From positions 1 to 64,000 of the forward strand of contig CAWJBB010000002.1 in the NCBI GenBank assembly GCA_963840855.1: a stretch of 64,000 bases of DNA, given 5' to 3'. Every line of letters starts with the position of its first letter. The first letter of the stretch is position 1. This DNA comes from an uncultured delta proteobacterium (lineage in GTDB: Bacteria; Desulfobacterota; Binatia; UBA9968). Of this stretch, positions 48,589 to 59,386 are shown in pieces. Position numbers and translations under genes: made by a program. Under the pieces are notes generated by a model. The model was not told the origin of the DNA and ran no database searches. It worked only from the letters and a program-made list of their open reading frames with translations.

Positions 48589-48985
48589 TACATTGCCGTG
48601 ACAATGACGTTCTTGGTGACGAGCGTCGCGGCGCAGAACGTGCCGTTCGTCTCATCGGCGAAAGCCCCGACGCCGCGTAGCGCTGACCCGCTGCCGTTCC
48701 GCCAATCAGCTGTCCTTTGTCCATCGAGGGATCATCATCGCCAGCTTCCGTCGCGGACGAGCAACCGACGGTGGCGAGGATGGACGTCACCAGAGTCTGG
48801 CGAGAGCCCCGAGATATGCCGAGCGCATACCGAGCCAACGAGCAAGCTGCATACCGTCACGTCGCTCCCGCGATTCCACGTGTTCGGAGGGATGAGGGGT
48901 CGATCGACTGCACGCCAGTGTGTGTGTGCAAAACCCCGGGACATTGGACATTCATGATCTCGATTCATCCGCTACTACCATCACG

Positions 48986-49333
48986 ATGATGGGTGGCCGC
49001 TCGACCGTTCTCTGTCTCGCGCTGATGATGTTCTTGGCCTTGGGATGCGACAAGCCCGTCGCGTGCGCGGGCTACGATTTCGACGGCGGAACGCGACCGA
49101 GCCTTGGCCCTACGACGCTTACAAAGCCGGTGAACAAACGGACGTGGTCGAACTGCTCCGATGGGAAGACGCGGACGGTCACGTGCACGCCGGGTCATCT
49201 GAGCCCGTGGAAATGCATGTGCTCGATCGACGGCGTCGATAAGCTCGAGACGCGTCCCGATGCCGACTTCCCGGATGAGCGCGTGGCCGCGACCGCGAGG
49301 GCGAACGAGACGTGTGATTGGCAGCTTCGATGA
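48986..49333 (+). CDS. Small Cys-rich putative lipoprotein
   Basis: Signal with LALG-C lipobox; six further Cys. Confidence 0.6.
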   Translation: MMGGRSTVLCLALMMFLALGCDKPVACAGYDFDGGTRPSLGPTTLTKPVNKRTWSNCSDGKTRTVTCTPGHLSPWKCMCSIDGVDKLETRPDADFPDERVAATARANETCDWQLR

Positions 49334-49599
49334 AATAGTGCCCTTTTTCGCCGCAGGCTCGAGGGCGAGTCTTCGAACGACACTCGAGCCGAGAACAACA
49401 GAAGAGTTCGTCGGATCAGATCGAACGTTTTGACTCCGTCGTCTCGAACCGGTGCAGCTCACTAAAGTTTCTCACGCAGAAATGTCGTGAGATCGTCCCA
49501 CCAGTACCTCAAAAGTCACATCATTGGGGTCAAATCTTTATCTTTGACATTGGCAGCTGTGATACTTTCGCGAGAACTCAGAACTGTTTAAATTCTAAA

Positions 49600-49720
49600 A
49601 GTTAAGATTTGCTACGAGAAATTGCCGGCGTCGATCTGAGTCATCGTCCGTGTTGCCACAACGGAAACATGATCGTTGTCGGGGATCTGGCCGGTATGCC
49701 GACTGCTCATTCTGACTAAG
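49600..49720 (+). pseudogene. Possible C-terminal remnant of a second IS91-family transposase
   Basis: IAGVDLSHRPCCHNGNMIVVGDL resembles the 'GxDLxxCPxCxxGxM' IS91 terminus. Confidence 0.35.
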
Positions 49721-50081
49721 AGAGCGGTATTCCGCACCGCTAGTCTGAATTAACGAAAGGGCAATTTATTTCCTTTATTGACATGGCGCTCGCCGGATGG
49801 CTCAGAAACGCCAAAAATGAGGGGGAAATATTTCGCTTCCAGGGGCTCGATAACGCACGATCGGCCATTGGTTAATGGCATAGATCACCCTGAGATTTCA
49901 TAGATTGGGGTTTTCCCTGGAGCATCCGACGTCAAAATGTGAACCCTATGCAAATGAGGTGAAAAAAATGTCACGAAGGAGCATAGCATGTTTTTGCGAT
50001 TGCGCTCTGCGGCGCGCAGGCGTTTTCAGGTGATCAGCGAATTGACAGAAGACTCCGGCATCGGATAAGAAAACTGAGTCC

Positions 50082-50924
50082 ATGAGAATCATCGACCTGC
50101 ACTGCTATCCCAACACGGAGCCGTGGATCAAATCCCAGGGGCCGTATGTCGAAGCGCTGGCGAAATATTGGAACCGCGCCTGGACGTGGAAGAGCGAAGC
50201 GGAGGTCATCGAAGAGTTCAAGAAATTTTCCGTCGAGGCGGTGCTCGTCGCTTTCGACATCGAAAGCGTCACGGGCTCACCGCCCTGCGCCAACGAATAC
50301 GTTGCCGGGATGCGCGATCGTAACCGCGGCGTTATACTGCAGGCCTGGGCAGCGGTGGATCCGTTGAAAGGCGTCGCCGCAATGGAAGAAGCGAAGAAAG
50401 CGATCGTGAAGCTAGAGATGCTCGGGTTTCATTTTCATCCGATCATGGGTCATTTCTCCGTCGACGACCGCAAACTTTATCCGTTATGGGAGACGATCAA
50501 CGAATTAAAAGTTCCCGTGATGATCGACGTCGGCACCACCGGCATGGGCGCCGGCATGCCTGGCGGGTTAGGCGCGGTCATCAGACACGCGCATCCTGCG
50601 GCCATCGATCAATTGGCCGCCGACTTTCCAAATTTGAATATCGTTGCGGCGCACCCCGGCTGGCCGTGGAACGAAGAGATGATCGCGGTGGCGCTACACA
50701 AAGGCAACGTCTCGTGGGAGCTGTCAGGCTGGGCGCCCAAATATTTTCCCGATGCGCTCAAGCGCGACATCAAAGGCCGGCTCAAAGACAAGATCATGTT
50801 CGGCAGCGATTATCCGAGCATCCCTTATGATCGTATTTTTAAGGAATGGAACGAGCTTGGTTACGCCGACGAGTTGATGGAAAAAATCTTCCACGGTAAT
50901 GCTGAGCGGATTCTCGGACTCTAG
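50082..50924 (+). CDS. Amidohydrolase_2 family protein
   Basis: IDLHCY, AAHPGWPW, ELSGWAPKY, FGSDYP. Confidence 0.9.
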   Translation: MRIIDLHCYPNTEPWIKSQGPYVEALAKYWNRAWTWKSEAEVIEEFKKFSVEAVLVAFDIESVTGSPPCANEYVAGMRDRNRGVILQAWAAVDPLKGVAAMEEAKKAIVKLEMLGFHFHPIMGHFSVDDRKLYPLWETINELKVPVMIDVGTTGMGAGMPGGLGAVIRHAHPAAIDQLAADFPNLNIVAAHPGWPWNEEMIAVALHKGNVSWELSGWAPKYFPDALKRDIKGRLKDKIMFGSDYPSIPYDRIFKEWNELGYADELMEKIFHGNAERILGL

Positions 50925-50927
50925 GAC

Positions 50928-51031
50928 CGTTCAAGGTTCAGGGTTTAAAGTTCAACGTTCAAAGTAGGGGAACCGGAATGATAATTCGAACCTTCAGAAC
51001 CAACCTTGAACGTTGAACGACTTTGAACCGT
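50928..51031. repeat. GTTCAAN heptamer inverted repeat
   Basis: gttcaaggttcagggtttaaagttcaacgttcaaag ... ccttgaacgttgaacgactttgaac. Confidence 0.8.
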
Positions 51032-51051
51032 TTTGCGTAAGGAGCAAAACC

Positions 51052-52035
51052 ATGAACATCGATTTTCACGCCCATATCTATCCCGAAGAATATTTAAAGA
51101 AGCTCGAAGCCTCGAAAGGAGACGTGAGAATCGAACCCAATGCGAAGGGCGAGAAGTTTATTCTGAGCATGGGCGCCAAGGCGGGACCGGTAACGCCGGA
51201 CTTTTTCGACATCGACGTCAGAGTCGACCGCATCAAAGAAAACCGCGTCGACATGCAGATCCTCTCCTCGCCGCATCCGGGCGTGGATCGTTTTTCCCCG
51301 GAAGAAAGCGCCGACATGAGCCGGATCATCAACGACGGCATCGCCCAGGCCGTGCGCAAATACCCGAAGCAGTTTCAGGGCGTCGCCATGTTGCCGCTGA
51401 TCGATACCAAACTGGCGCTGAAGGAACTCGACCGGGCGATTTTAGACCTCGGCCTCAAGGGCCTGTGCATGCTCACCAACGTGGCGGGGAAAACTTCGGA
51501 CTCGGATTTTCTCTTGCCCGTCTACGAGCGCGCGCAAGAGCTTGGCGTGCCGATCTTCATCCACCCCACGACGCCTCTAGGCGCGCAGGTGATGCAGGAG
51601 TGGCGGCTGGCGATCATTCTTGGATTTGAGTTCGATATCGTGCTATCGGCAACGCGGCTCGCCTATTCCGGCGTGCTCGACCGCTTTCCGGAGTTGAACT
51701 TCGTCGTCTCACATTTGGGCGCCGGCATTCCATTTCTAGCGGGTCGAATCGACCGGGGCTATCACGATCCGACCTGCGGTATCAAAACCAAGAAACCCAC
51801 CTCCGATTATCTCCGCGATCTCTATTGCGACACGGTTTCTTTTTACCAGCCGGCCTTGGCGATGGCTTACGAGTTCTACGGCGCGGAAAGAATGGTTCTC
51901 GGCAGTGATTTTCCACTGATTATCGGCGATTTGCCGGGGGCGGTGCCGAGCATCGAGGCGATGCCCATCCCGCAGCGTGAGAAAGAAAAAATTCTTGGCG
52001 AGAACGTCGTGCGGTTACTAAAACTGAATATCTAG
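51052..52035 (+). CDS. Amidohydrolase_2 family (ACMSD-like decarboxylase)
   Basis: IDFHAH, IFIHP, SHLG, GSDFP. Confidence 0.9.
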   Translation: MNIDFHAHIYPEEYLKKLEASKGDVRIEPNAKGEKFILSMGAKAGPVTPDFFDIDVRVDRIKENRVDMQILSSPHPGVDRFSPEESADMSRIINDGIAQAVRKYPKQFQGVAMLPLIDTKLALKELDRAILDLGLKGLCMLTNVAGKTSDSDFLLPVYERAQELGVPIFIHPTTPLGAQVMQEWRLAIILGFEFDIVLSATRLAYSGVLDRFPELNFVVSHLGAGIPFLAGRIDRGYHDPTCGIKTKKPTSDYLRDLYCDTVSFYQPALAMAYEFYGAERMVLGSDFPLIIGDLPGAVPSIEAMPIPQREKEKILGENVVRLLKLNI

Positions 52036-52045
52036 CAGGCTGCGT

Positions 52046-52558
52046 TCATCCCGAGGATCTATTTTTATCGCTTTCCTGAGCGCGGCCGCCAATGAACTTC
52101 GCCGCCTCGGATGCGTTCCAGCCAAACTCGACATTGCCGCGCATGCACGAACCGGCAGCGACCGTCAATGTTGCCGCCTTTAAATCGCCGATCAGCTGCC
52201 CCGATTCCAGTAGCCTGACGTGTGAACTGGCCACGATATTGCCTTCGATCTCGCCGGCAATGGTGACGCTCGCGGCGTTAATATTCGCTGCGATGTGCGC
52301 GCCCTTTTCGATACTTAAATCCCCTTTGATCTGTATATCCCCTATGAATTTTCCGGCGATGCGCAGATCCGCGTCCCCTTCGATTGTCCCTTCTATGGTA
52401 ACTCCGGAGCCAAATATCGATTCACGATGAGCTTTCGGCGCGCTTTCCTTCACCACTGGCGCCGGAACAGGAGCCAGAACCGCGTGAGCTGTGGTCGATG
52501 GTTCTACACGTGGAGTTTCTTCTTGCCTCTCTTGTGCCGGCTGGTTCCAAACTACCAT
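52046..52558 (-). CDS. Bactofilin (polymer-forming cytoskeletal protein)
   Basis: SIFGSGVTIEGTIEG..LRIAG..GDI...IAGEIEGNI...GDL beta-helix repeats. Confidence 0.9.
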   Translation of the reverse strand: MVVWNQPAQERQEETPRVEPSTTAHAVLAPVPAPVVKESAPKAHRESIFGSGVTIEGTIEGDADLRIAGKFIGDIQIKGDLSIEKGAHIAANINAASVTIAGEIEGNIVASSHVRLLESGQLIGDLKAATLTVAAGSCMRGNVEFGWNASEAAKFIGGRAQESDKNRSSG

Positions 52559-52948
52559 CGAAACCTCCTATCGTTTCGATAAATTGTCAACTTTTAATAG
52601 TTGTTAAAAATCTCTTATCAGAATCGGCGTAAATATCGCAAGACAAATGCCACCGACGGATCTCGAACGGCCAGGCGGTTTGAGTGCATCGACTCGAGGT
52701 AACGGAAACAATGGAATAAAAGCACTTTGTGAATTGTTAATCAGGTCACTTACTGTCTTATGTTGGCGGGAAAGAGTCACGCGAAATCAAACTATTATTG
52801 TAGACTGTCGGACCTGAGCTACACTGACAGCGAAGGAAAATTCCCTACATCGAACTCCTCGAATCCTCCCGCTCATGTGGCCTGAGGAGTTCGAGTGGTT
52901 TAGTTCACTAACTTGTATCCTGCACCGAAGTCCGTTGAATAGATGCGA

Positions 52949-53038
52949 CGTCATTCCGGGCAAGCTGGCGATAGCTAGCGCGACCCGGAATCCAGGAAAT
53001 CAAGATACTTCTGGATACCCGCTTTCGCGGGTATGACG
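52949..53038. repeat. REP-like palindrome (22429 family)
   Basis: cgtcattccgggcaagctggcgatagctagcgcgacccggaatccaggaa...ctggataccc...cgcgggtatgacg. Confidence 0.8.
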
Positions 53039-53100
53039 TTAGAGAGGGTGGTTTTTATTCTGCGCAATTCAGTTCCATGCCACCGGCGGAGGCTGAGATT

Positions 53101-53418
53101 GTACATCCATTTCGGCCAGCGTCACACCGTTGGCGGCATCGTGGTTTGGCTCTGCCAGACCGTTGGTCCGAATGGTAGTCCGGCCCCGGCGCCGGTCGAT
53201 CCCATTGCAATCACACCGCTATGCCCTGCGGAAGGCACCGTCACCGGAACCATCACCCCGGGTGAGGTGCTCGCCCAAACCGCACAGGGGATCGCTGCCG
53301 GAGAGTTCGAAGAAGTCGTCCGCGCGCTCCGCTCTGGCGCGGCGTACGCCAACGTTCACTCGAGCTTATTTGGCGCGGCGAAATCCGCGGCCAGATCCGC
53401 GACTCCCACAGACATTGA
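53101..53418 (+). pseudogene. CHRD-domain protein remnant (N-terminus missing, frameshift near 53372)
   Basis: YIHFGQ..GGIVVWLC...AYANVHS..F then GEIRGQI in another frame. Confidence 0.75.
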
Positions 53419-53579
53419 GACTAAGATTAAGCACTTTCGCTCGCGGCTAGATTCTTCAATTTTGATCAGCGAGCGAAATCTACGGAGTATATGGGGAGCC
53501 TGGCGTTCGCGCGACGCCGGGCTCTTTCGTTTCTAAGATCTAAGAAACCGACGGGTTTGGCCGCTGCCACGGCGCACCT

Positions 53580-54528
53580 TCACTTCTGCCCCAGTTCGGC
53601 CATCACTTCATTGACAAATCGCAGATCCATGTATTCGACAGGTTTGCGTTTGGGTTTCGTGTTCAACGCGATGGCCTGCCACTGCGCCATTAACTCCACG
53701 CCCTTTTCCGTCGGCACCGGCACCAGCGCTTCCCGGATCATCTGATAGGCGTCCTGGGCGGCGTCGCGCTGGAGGCCGAGACGCTTCATCGTCACTTGCA
53801 ACGCGTCTTCAGGATTATCGCGGGTATGAATGACAGACCTGGCGATGGCGCGGACCATCTTTTTTACCATTTGGGGATTCTCTTTGATGGTCTTAGCGGT
53901 CGCAGCCAGTCCTGTGAAGGCCGTGTCCTTGAAGATGTCCGCCAGGCTGACCAGCCGCTTCATGCCTGACTTCATCGCCAGATAATCGGCCGGCGGCGCC
54001 AGCAAGGCGCCGGCGATAATGCCTTGCTTCAAGCGCCGCGATCTTGGGTTCATTGCCCGGCAGACTGATGTATTCTACGTCCTTGTCCGGATTGATCTTG
54101 TTCAATTCCAACAAAGCTTTCGTCCCTGCCGCCGTCGAGCCGCCAAAGGTCACCCCCAGTTTTTTGCCCTTGAGATCGGAAATTTTCTGGATATCCGGCG
54201 TAACCACGAGGGAAAAAGTCGGCCGCCCAACTTGCTGGGCCAAAAGCATGATGTCGTTGCCTTCCCAGACCGCCGGCATCTGCGGGCCGATGGAAAAAAT
54301 AAACTGAATCTGATTGGCAAGCAGCGCCTGCACTGCGGTGGTGGCACCGCGCACGAATACCAGCTCCAACTCCAGCCCTTCGCGCTTGTAGAATCCTCTT
54401 TCCGCGGCGACCATCATCGGCAGTATTTGTATGCTCGGTGAGGGAAACGCGCCGCGCACCTGCTGGGCGCCAACTTGACCGGCCATCAGGATAAAGCCCA
54501 ACGCCGAAAGGATTACGGTTTGTCGCAT
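53580..54528 (-). CDS. ABC substrate-binding protein (NMT1-like), frameshift at about 54031
   Basis: MRQTVIL...DLKGKKLG...EPKIAA|LKQGIIAGALL...DLRFVNEV; one extra base joins the two ORFs. Confidence 0.85.
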
Positions 54529-54688
54529 CGAATGCTCCTTTGCCGCCTTGATCACAGCTCCCATAGAACGATTAACCTTTGGGGTCAAGAGTAATTTGAA
54601 AGGTGCCGGGGACTTGGAATTCGTTACGACGATTGACTTGCTCACTCCAACTGCGCTAACTGTCATCGCCAGTAGTCGGAGGTGGAAC

Positions 54689-55777
54689 TTGAAAATCACG
54701 GATATCAGAGCGACGTTGCATCGAGTCCCGGTTGAAGTGCCGCTGCTTAAGGAAAAGATCGTGACGGCAGTGCTATTTGTCGCGGTGGAAACCGATGAGG
54801 GCATCACCGGCAATGGCCTAACGCGCGGCTCAGCGCGCTTCGGCATGAAGGAATTCATCAACCGCGAGGTCGCGCCATTTTTAAAAGGCAAAAATCCGCT
54901 CGAAACCGAGCGAGTGTGGCAGTCGTTGCTCAAGCAATTCAACCCGCGCTCGCAGACCGGCATGTGGAGCTCGGCGGTCAGCGCCATCGATATCGCGCTC
55001 TGGGATATCAAGGGAAAGCATTACCGAGAACCGGTGTGGCGGCTCCTCGGCGGCGCGCAGAATCCCGTGCAGGCCTACGTCACTTTCGGCCTCAAGCAAT
55101 ATTCCAAAGAACAACTGATAGAGGTGGCCCAGCAGTTGGTAAAGCAAGGCGAGACACGCCTTAAGATGGTCGTCGCCGTCGATCCGGAAAATCCCAAGGT
55201 AGACGCGGCGCGCGTCGCCGCGGTACGAGAAGCGGTGGGCGACGATGTCGAACTGATGATCGACGCAAATTATCTGTTCTCGTTCAATCGGGCGCTGGAG
55301 CTGTGCAAGCTCGTCGAGCCTTATCACATCACCTGGTTCGAAGAACCCGTCTACCAAAACGACGCGGCACTGCTGGCCGACCTGCGCCGCCACACTTGCA
55401 TCCCGCTCGCCGCTGGACAAAACGAAGGACATCGTTTTCGCCACCGCGAGCTGATCGCTAACCACGCCGTTGACATCGCGCAACCCAACGTCTGTTCGGT
55501 GGGGGGGTACACCGAGGCTGTGAAAGTCGCGGCGCTGGCCCAAGCATTCAATTTGCCCATTGCCAACGGCGGCGGCTGGCCGCACCACAATATGCACCTG
55601 CAAGCAGCCATGGCCAACGGCTGGCGCGTCGAGTTTCACTTCGAGATGTGGGGCGTGGGCGACAAGATTTACAAGGAACCGCCGGCGCCGGATCGCGGCT
55701 GGGTGACGCTTCCGGAAACGCCGGGGTTAGGATTGCAGCCGCGCATGGACGCACTTGAAGAGTATGAGGAGAAGTGA
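54689..55777 (+). CDS. Mandelate racemase/muconate lactonizing enzyme family
   Basis: TTG start with GGAGG; SAIDIALWDIKGK, LMIDAN, WFEEP, AGQN. Confidence 0.92.
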   Translation: MKITDIRATLHRVPVEVPLLKEKIVTAVLFVAVETDEGITGNGLTRGSARFGMKEFINREVAPFLKGKNPLETERVWQSLLKQFNPRSQTGMWSSAVSAIDIALWDIKGKHYREPVWRLLGGAQNPVQAYVTFGLKQYSKEQLIEVAQQLVKQGETRLKMVVAVDPENPKVDAARVAAVREAVGDDVELMIDANYLFSFNRALELCKLVEPYHITWFEEPVYQNDAALLADLRRHTCIPLAAGQNEGHRFRHRELIANHAVDIAQPNVCSVGGYTEAVKVAALAQAFNLPIANGGGWPHHNMHLQAAMANGWRVEFHFEMWGVGDKIYKEPPAPDRGWVTLPETPGLGLQPRMDALEEYEEK

Positions 55778-55843
55778 ACTGGCGAACCGTAGATATAGCA
55801 AGAAAGGAAGAATATATTAGCCGCGAGCGGGCGAGACAATCCT

Positions 55844-56863
55844 ATGAAATTCGGCGCACATATGCTCCCGACTTATGCACCCGAACTCGACGGGCCCGTG
55901 CCGGATTATTACGGGCGCTTGTTCGAGCAAATTATTGAATTTGAAAAACTCGGTTTCGACCAAGCTTGGGTTACCGAACATCATTTCGGTGGCTACGGCG
56001 GCATCCTGCCGCACCCGCCGACTTTCCTCTCGGCGGCCGCCGCTAAGACGTCGCGCATTCGCCTCGGCGTCGCCATTGCCGTCTTGCCGTTGCATAATCC
56101 ACTGGATCTGGCGGAGTCCTATGCTATGGCGGATATCGTTTCCGGCGGGCGGTTGGATTTCGGCATCGGCAAAGGCAGTGAGCCGGTGGAGTACCGGAAA
56201 TTCGGCGCGGACCGCGATGAGGCTACCCGGCGTTTCAAAGAAAGCAGCGAAATTATTCGCCAAGCATGGTCCGACGAGCCGGTGAATTTCCGCGGCGAGT
56301 TCTTCAACTATGAGAATGTAAATATTCTACCCAAGCCGGTGCAACGCCCGCATCCGCGTATCTGGGTCGGCGCGACGCGCACTGAGGAGACGTTTCGCGA
56401 CGCGGGTAAAAACGGCTACGACCTAATGACGGTGCCCTTCGTTCATCCATCCACGGATGCTATGCGCGATCTCGTCAAGCTGTACCGCGACGAGCTTTCA
56501 CGGGCGGGCCATGACTTCGTCGGGCGCGAAGTTTTGGGCAAGTTTCATATATATGTATCGGATAGCTATGAACGGGGCGTCCGCGAAGCGGGTCCGTACA
56601 TGAAAAACTACAGCGACATCCACGCCGCCGTGGACCCCAATCGCAGACTGACCAGCCGCGATATCGGTTCCGACATGGCACGCGGCTTCATCATCGTCGG
56701 CGATCCCGAACGCTGCAGCGAGACGATTCGGCGCTGGCACGAAGAGGCCGGCATCACGACTTTTTCCGGCACCTTTCATTTCGGTGGCATGCCGCAGGAA
56801 ATGGCGCTCAAGAATATGCGGCTGTTCGCCGAGCGGGTGAAGCCGGCTCTCGAAGGATTGTGA
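55844..56863 (+). CDS. LLM class flavin-dependent oxidoreductase
   Basis: [26 protein letters not shown]. Confidence 0.93.
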   Translation: MKFGAHMLPTYAPELDGPVPDYYGRLFEQIIEFEKLGFDQAWVTEHHFGGYGGILPHPPTFLSAAAAKTSRIRLGVAIAVLPLHNPLDLAESYAMADIVSGGRLDFGIGKGSEPVEYRKFGADRDEATRRFKESSEIIRQAWSDEPVNFRGEFFNYENVNILPKPVQRPHPRIWVGATRTEETFRDAGKNGYDLMTVPFVHPSTDAMRDLVKLYRDELSRAGHDFVGREVLGKFHIYVSDSYERGVREAGPYMKNYSDIHAAVDPNRRLTSRDIGSDMARGFIIVGDPERCSETIRRWHEEAGITTFSGTFHFGGMPQEMALKNMRLFAERVKPALEGL

Positions 56864-56882
56864 GCGCGGAGGACGAGGACAT

Positions 56883-58535
56883 ATGGCGATTCACCCTCTG
56901 GCGGGAAAACCGGCGCCTGACGACATATTGATCGACGTCACTGAGATCGAGAAAGCCTACTATGAGCGCGGGCCCAACGTCGAAGATCCGCAACAGTTAG
57001 TCAGTTTCGGTACCAGCGGCCACCGCGGCAGCCCCCTGGATGCCACCTTCAATGAAGCGCATGTTCTGGCCATCACCCAGGCGATCTGCGACTATCGCGC
57101 CGGCCAAAACATATCCGGGCGACTGTTCATGGGCAAAGACACCCATGCCGCCTCCGGCCCCGCGCAGCGGAGCGCGTTGGAAGTTCTCGCCGCCAATGGC
57201 GTTGAAACCGTCATTCAGCGCGACGACGGTTTCACCCCCACGCCGGCTATTTCGCGGGCCATATTGGTTCACAACCGGGGCAAAAAAGAAGCTCTTGCCG
57301 ACGGCATCGTCGTGACGCCGTCCCACAACCCGCCGGCCGACGGTGGCTTCAAATATAATCCACCTGAGGGCGGTCCGGCCGATACCGATGTTACGGAATG
57401 GATTCAAGAGCGCGCCAACGCGCTGCTGCGGGAAGGCAACCGAAACGTCAAGCGACTTGCTTATGATGCCGCCATCAGAGTGCCAACGACGCATCAAGCG
57501 GAAATGGCCGGTCCCTACGTCGACGATCTCGCCAAGGTGATCGACATGGCGGTGATCCGCTCCGCAAAGGTGAGGATCGGCGTCGATCCGCTCGGCGGCA
57601 GCGCCCTTGGGTATTGGCAGAAAATTGCCGAGCGCTACCGATTCGATATGACCATCGTGAATTCACGGGTCGACCCGACTTTCAAATTTATGACCCTGGA
57701 TCACGACGGCAAGATTCGCATGGATTGCTCCAGTCCTTACGCAATGGCCGGCTTGGTGAATCTGAAAGACCGCTATCAAGTCGCCTTTGGTAACGACGCC
57801 GACGCAGACCGCCACGGCATCGTCACGCCGTCGATGGGATTGATGAATCCCAATCACTATCTCGCCGTGGCGATTCACTATCTGCTGACCCACCGGCCCG
57901 GTTGGTCTAAAGATACTGCAGTCGGCAAGACTCTCGTGAGCAGCTCCCTCATCGATCGAGTAGTCGAGCGGCATGGACGGAAGCTTTACGAAGTGCCCGT
58001 CGGTTTCAAATGGTTTTCACCGGGCCTGTTCGATGGGTCGATCTGCTTCGGCGGCGAGGAGAGCGCGGGAGCGAGCTTTCTCCGTAGCGATGGAACGGTC
58101 TGGACCACGGACAAAGACGGCATCATTCTTTGTTTGTTGGCGGCGGAGATCATCGCCACCACCGGACGGGATCCGGCGCGCTGGTACGTTGACTTGACCA
58201 ACAAGTTGGGACGACCTTGCTATTCGCGCACTGATGTGCCGGCCAACGCGGCGCAGAAGAAGGCTCTCAAGGCGCTTCGTGCCGAGGCCCTAGCGGCAAA
58301 TCAACTTGCCGGCGAGCCGATTACCGCCAAGCTAACCCATGCGCCGGGCAACGGCGCCGAAATCGGCGGGCTGAAAGTCTCCGCGGCCAATGGTTGGTTC
58401 GCCGTGCGTCCTTCTGGCACCGAAGATTTGTGCAAGATTTATGCGGAGAGCCTCAAGTCGGAGGAGCATTTGAAACTCATTCAAGAAGAGGCTTGGCAAA
58501 TCGTGCAGTCGGTGTTTGCCGCGAGCGGCCAGTAA
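56883..58535 (+). CDS. pgm: Phosphoglucomutase (alpha-D-glucose-1,6-bisphosphate dependent)
   Basis: [36 protein letters not shown]. Confidence 0.96.
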   Translation: MAIHPLAGKPAPDDILIDVTEIEKAYYERGPNVEDPQQLVSFGTSGHRGSPLDATFNEAHVLAITQAICDYRAGQNISGRLFMGKDTHAASGPAQRSALEVLAANGVETVIQRDDGFTPTPAISRAILVHNRGKKEALADGIVVTPSHNPPADGGFKYNPPEGGPADTDVTEWIQERANALLREGNRNVKRLAYDAAIRVPTTHQAEMAGPYVDDLAKVIDMAVIRSAKVRIGVDPLGGSALGYWQKIAERYRFDMTIVNSRVDPTFKFMTLDHDGKIRMDCSSPYAMAGLVNLKDRYQVAFGNDADADRHGIVTPSMGLMNPNHYLAVAIHYLLTHRPGWSKDTAVGKTLVSSSLIDRVVERHGRKLYEVPVGFKWFSPGLFDGSICFGGEESAGASFLRSDGTVWTTDKDGIILCLLAAEIIATTGRDPARWYVDLTNKLGRPCYSRTDVPANAAQKKALKALRAEALAANQLAGEPITAKLTHAPGNGAEIGGLKVSAANGWFAVRPSGTEDLCKIYAESLKSEEHLKLIQEEAWQIVQSVFAASGQ

Positions 58536-58687
58536 CGACCAGCTAGAGGGCTTCATTGCATCTTGACAGCTTATCGAAGCATCCCGTATTTTACAGGGCA
58601 TTTAGGGCCCGGCCTGGATTGCCACGCCGATTGCTTGCCGCGAAGACGAGAATTGTTGCAATTGAGTTCGTATTGAGGAGGCGATAC

Positions 58688-59374
58688 ATGATGCGCGGAA
58701 TAGGGAGGCGAGCAGCGGTATCGATCACCTTCGCAACCCTGTTGGGGTTTTGGATGGTGTCTTGCGTTGCCACGCAAAGCGACCAAGAGGGCGCGAAGCA
58801 ACAATCTGCTAAAGCAGCAGAAAAGCAATCGGTAAGCGAGGTGTCGCTAGTTCTCGGCGCCCAAAAAGTGGCTCCGCCTCCGCCTAAGCCAAAGCCCGCC
58901 GTCTCTCCCCCACCAAAGCACACGACCCCGGCCTCCTACTATGAGCCCGTGGGCCCCTTCTTTTTCTATGTGGAAACCTTAACGAGCAACGGGCCGAGCA
59001 GGTACGGTGTCACGTCAACAGTCCCCTGCGTTCAGAGCGGCGTATTCAAGCGCGGCATGAGGCTTGTCTTTCGCTACGAGATCCTCGACACCTCGACGGG
59101 CAAGCGCGTCACGGATAAAGATGGCGCAACAACTAAAGTCAGATTGCAGCATGGTGAAGAAATCCCGGCGCGCTGGGCGATCCGCGGGAGTGTAAACGCC
59201 CTGCCGGACTCGGCTTGGATGTGGGATGTCGCTTGGGACATTCCGCCGGATTATCCGGTAGGTTCCTTGGACTATACCCTAGTGGTGAGCACTAAGGATG
59301 GCCGCACGGGAACATTTACTCCCCCGATTCAGAAAACTCCGACCTCGGATACCCGTGTGAGAATCATCGACTAA
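58688..59374 (+). CDS. Hypothetical exported (lipo)protein with Pro-rich linker and beta-rich domain
   Basis: MVSC lipobox-like, PPPPKPKP, CVQSGVFKRG...WDIPPDYPVG. Confidence 0.75.
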   Translation: MMRGIGRRAAVSITFATLLGFWMVSCVATQSDQEGAKQQSAKAAEKQSVSEVSLVLGAQKVAPPPPKPKPAVSPPPKHTTPASYYEPVGPFFFYVETLTSNGPSRYGVTSTVPCVQSGVFKRGMRLVFRYEILDTSTGKRVTDKDGATTKVRLQHGEEIPARWAIRGSVNALPDSAWMWDVAWDIPPDYPVGSLDYTLVVSTKDGRTGTFTPPIQKTPTSDTRVRIID

Positions 59375-59386
59375 CGGGGGTGTAAT

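Noticed and set aside
47345-48680. Short ORFs within the intron as an intron-encoded protein
   Set aside because: None carries RT motifs (no YADD); all are under 150 aa and overlap structured RNA.
52852-52893. Hairpin cgaactcctc...gaggagttcg as a riboswitch or ncRNA
   Set aside because: A single stem with no recognisable aptamer motifs; insufficient evidence.
53893-55011. 372-aa ORF from the track
   Set aside because: Chimera of antisense racemase sequence and the true SBP starting at 54528.
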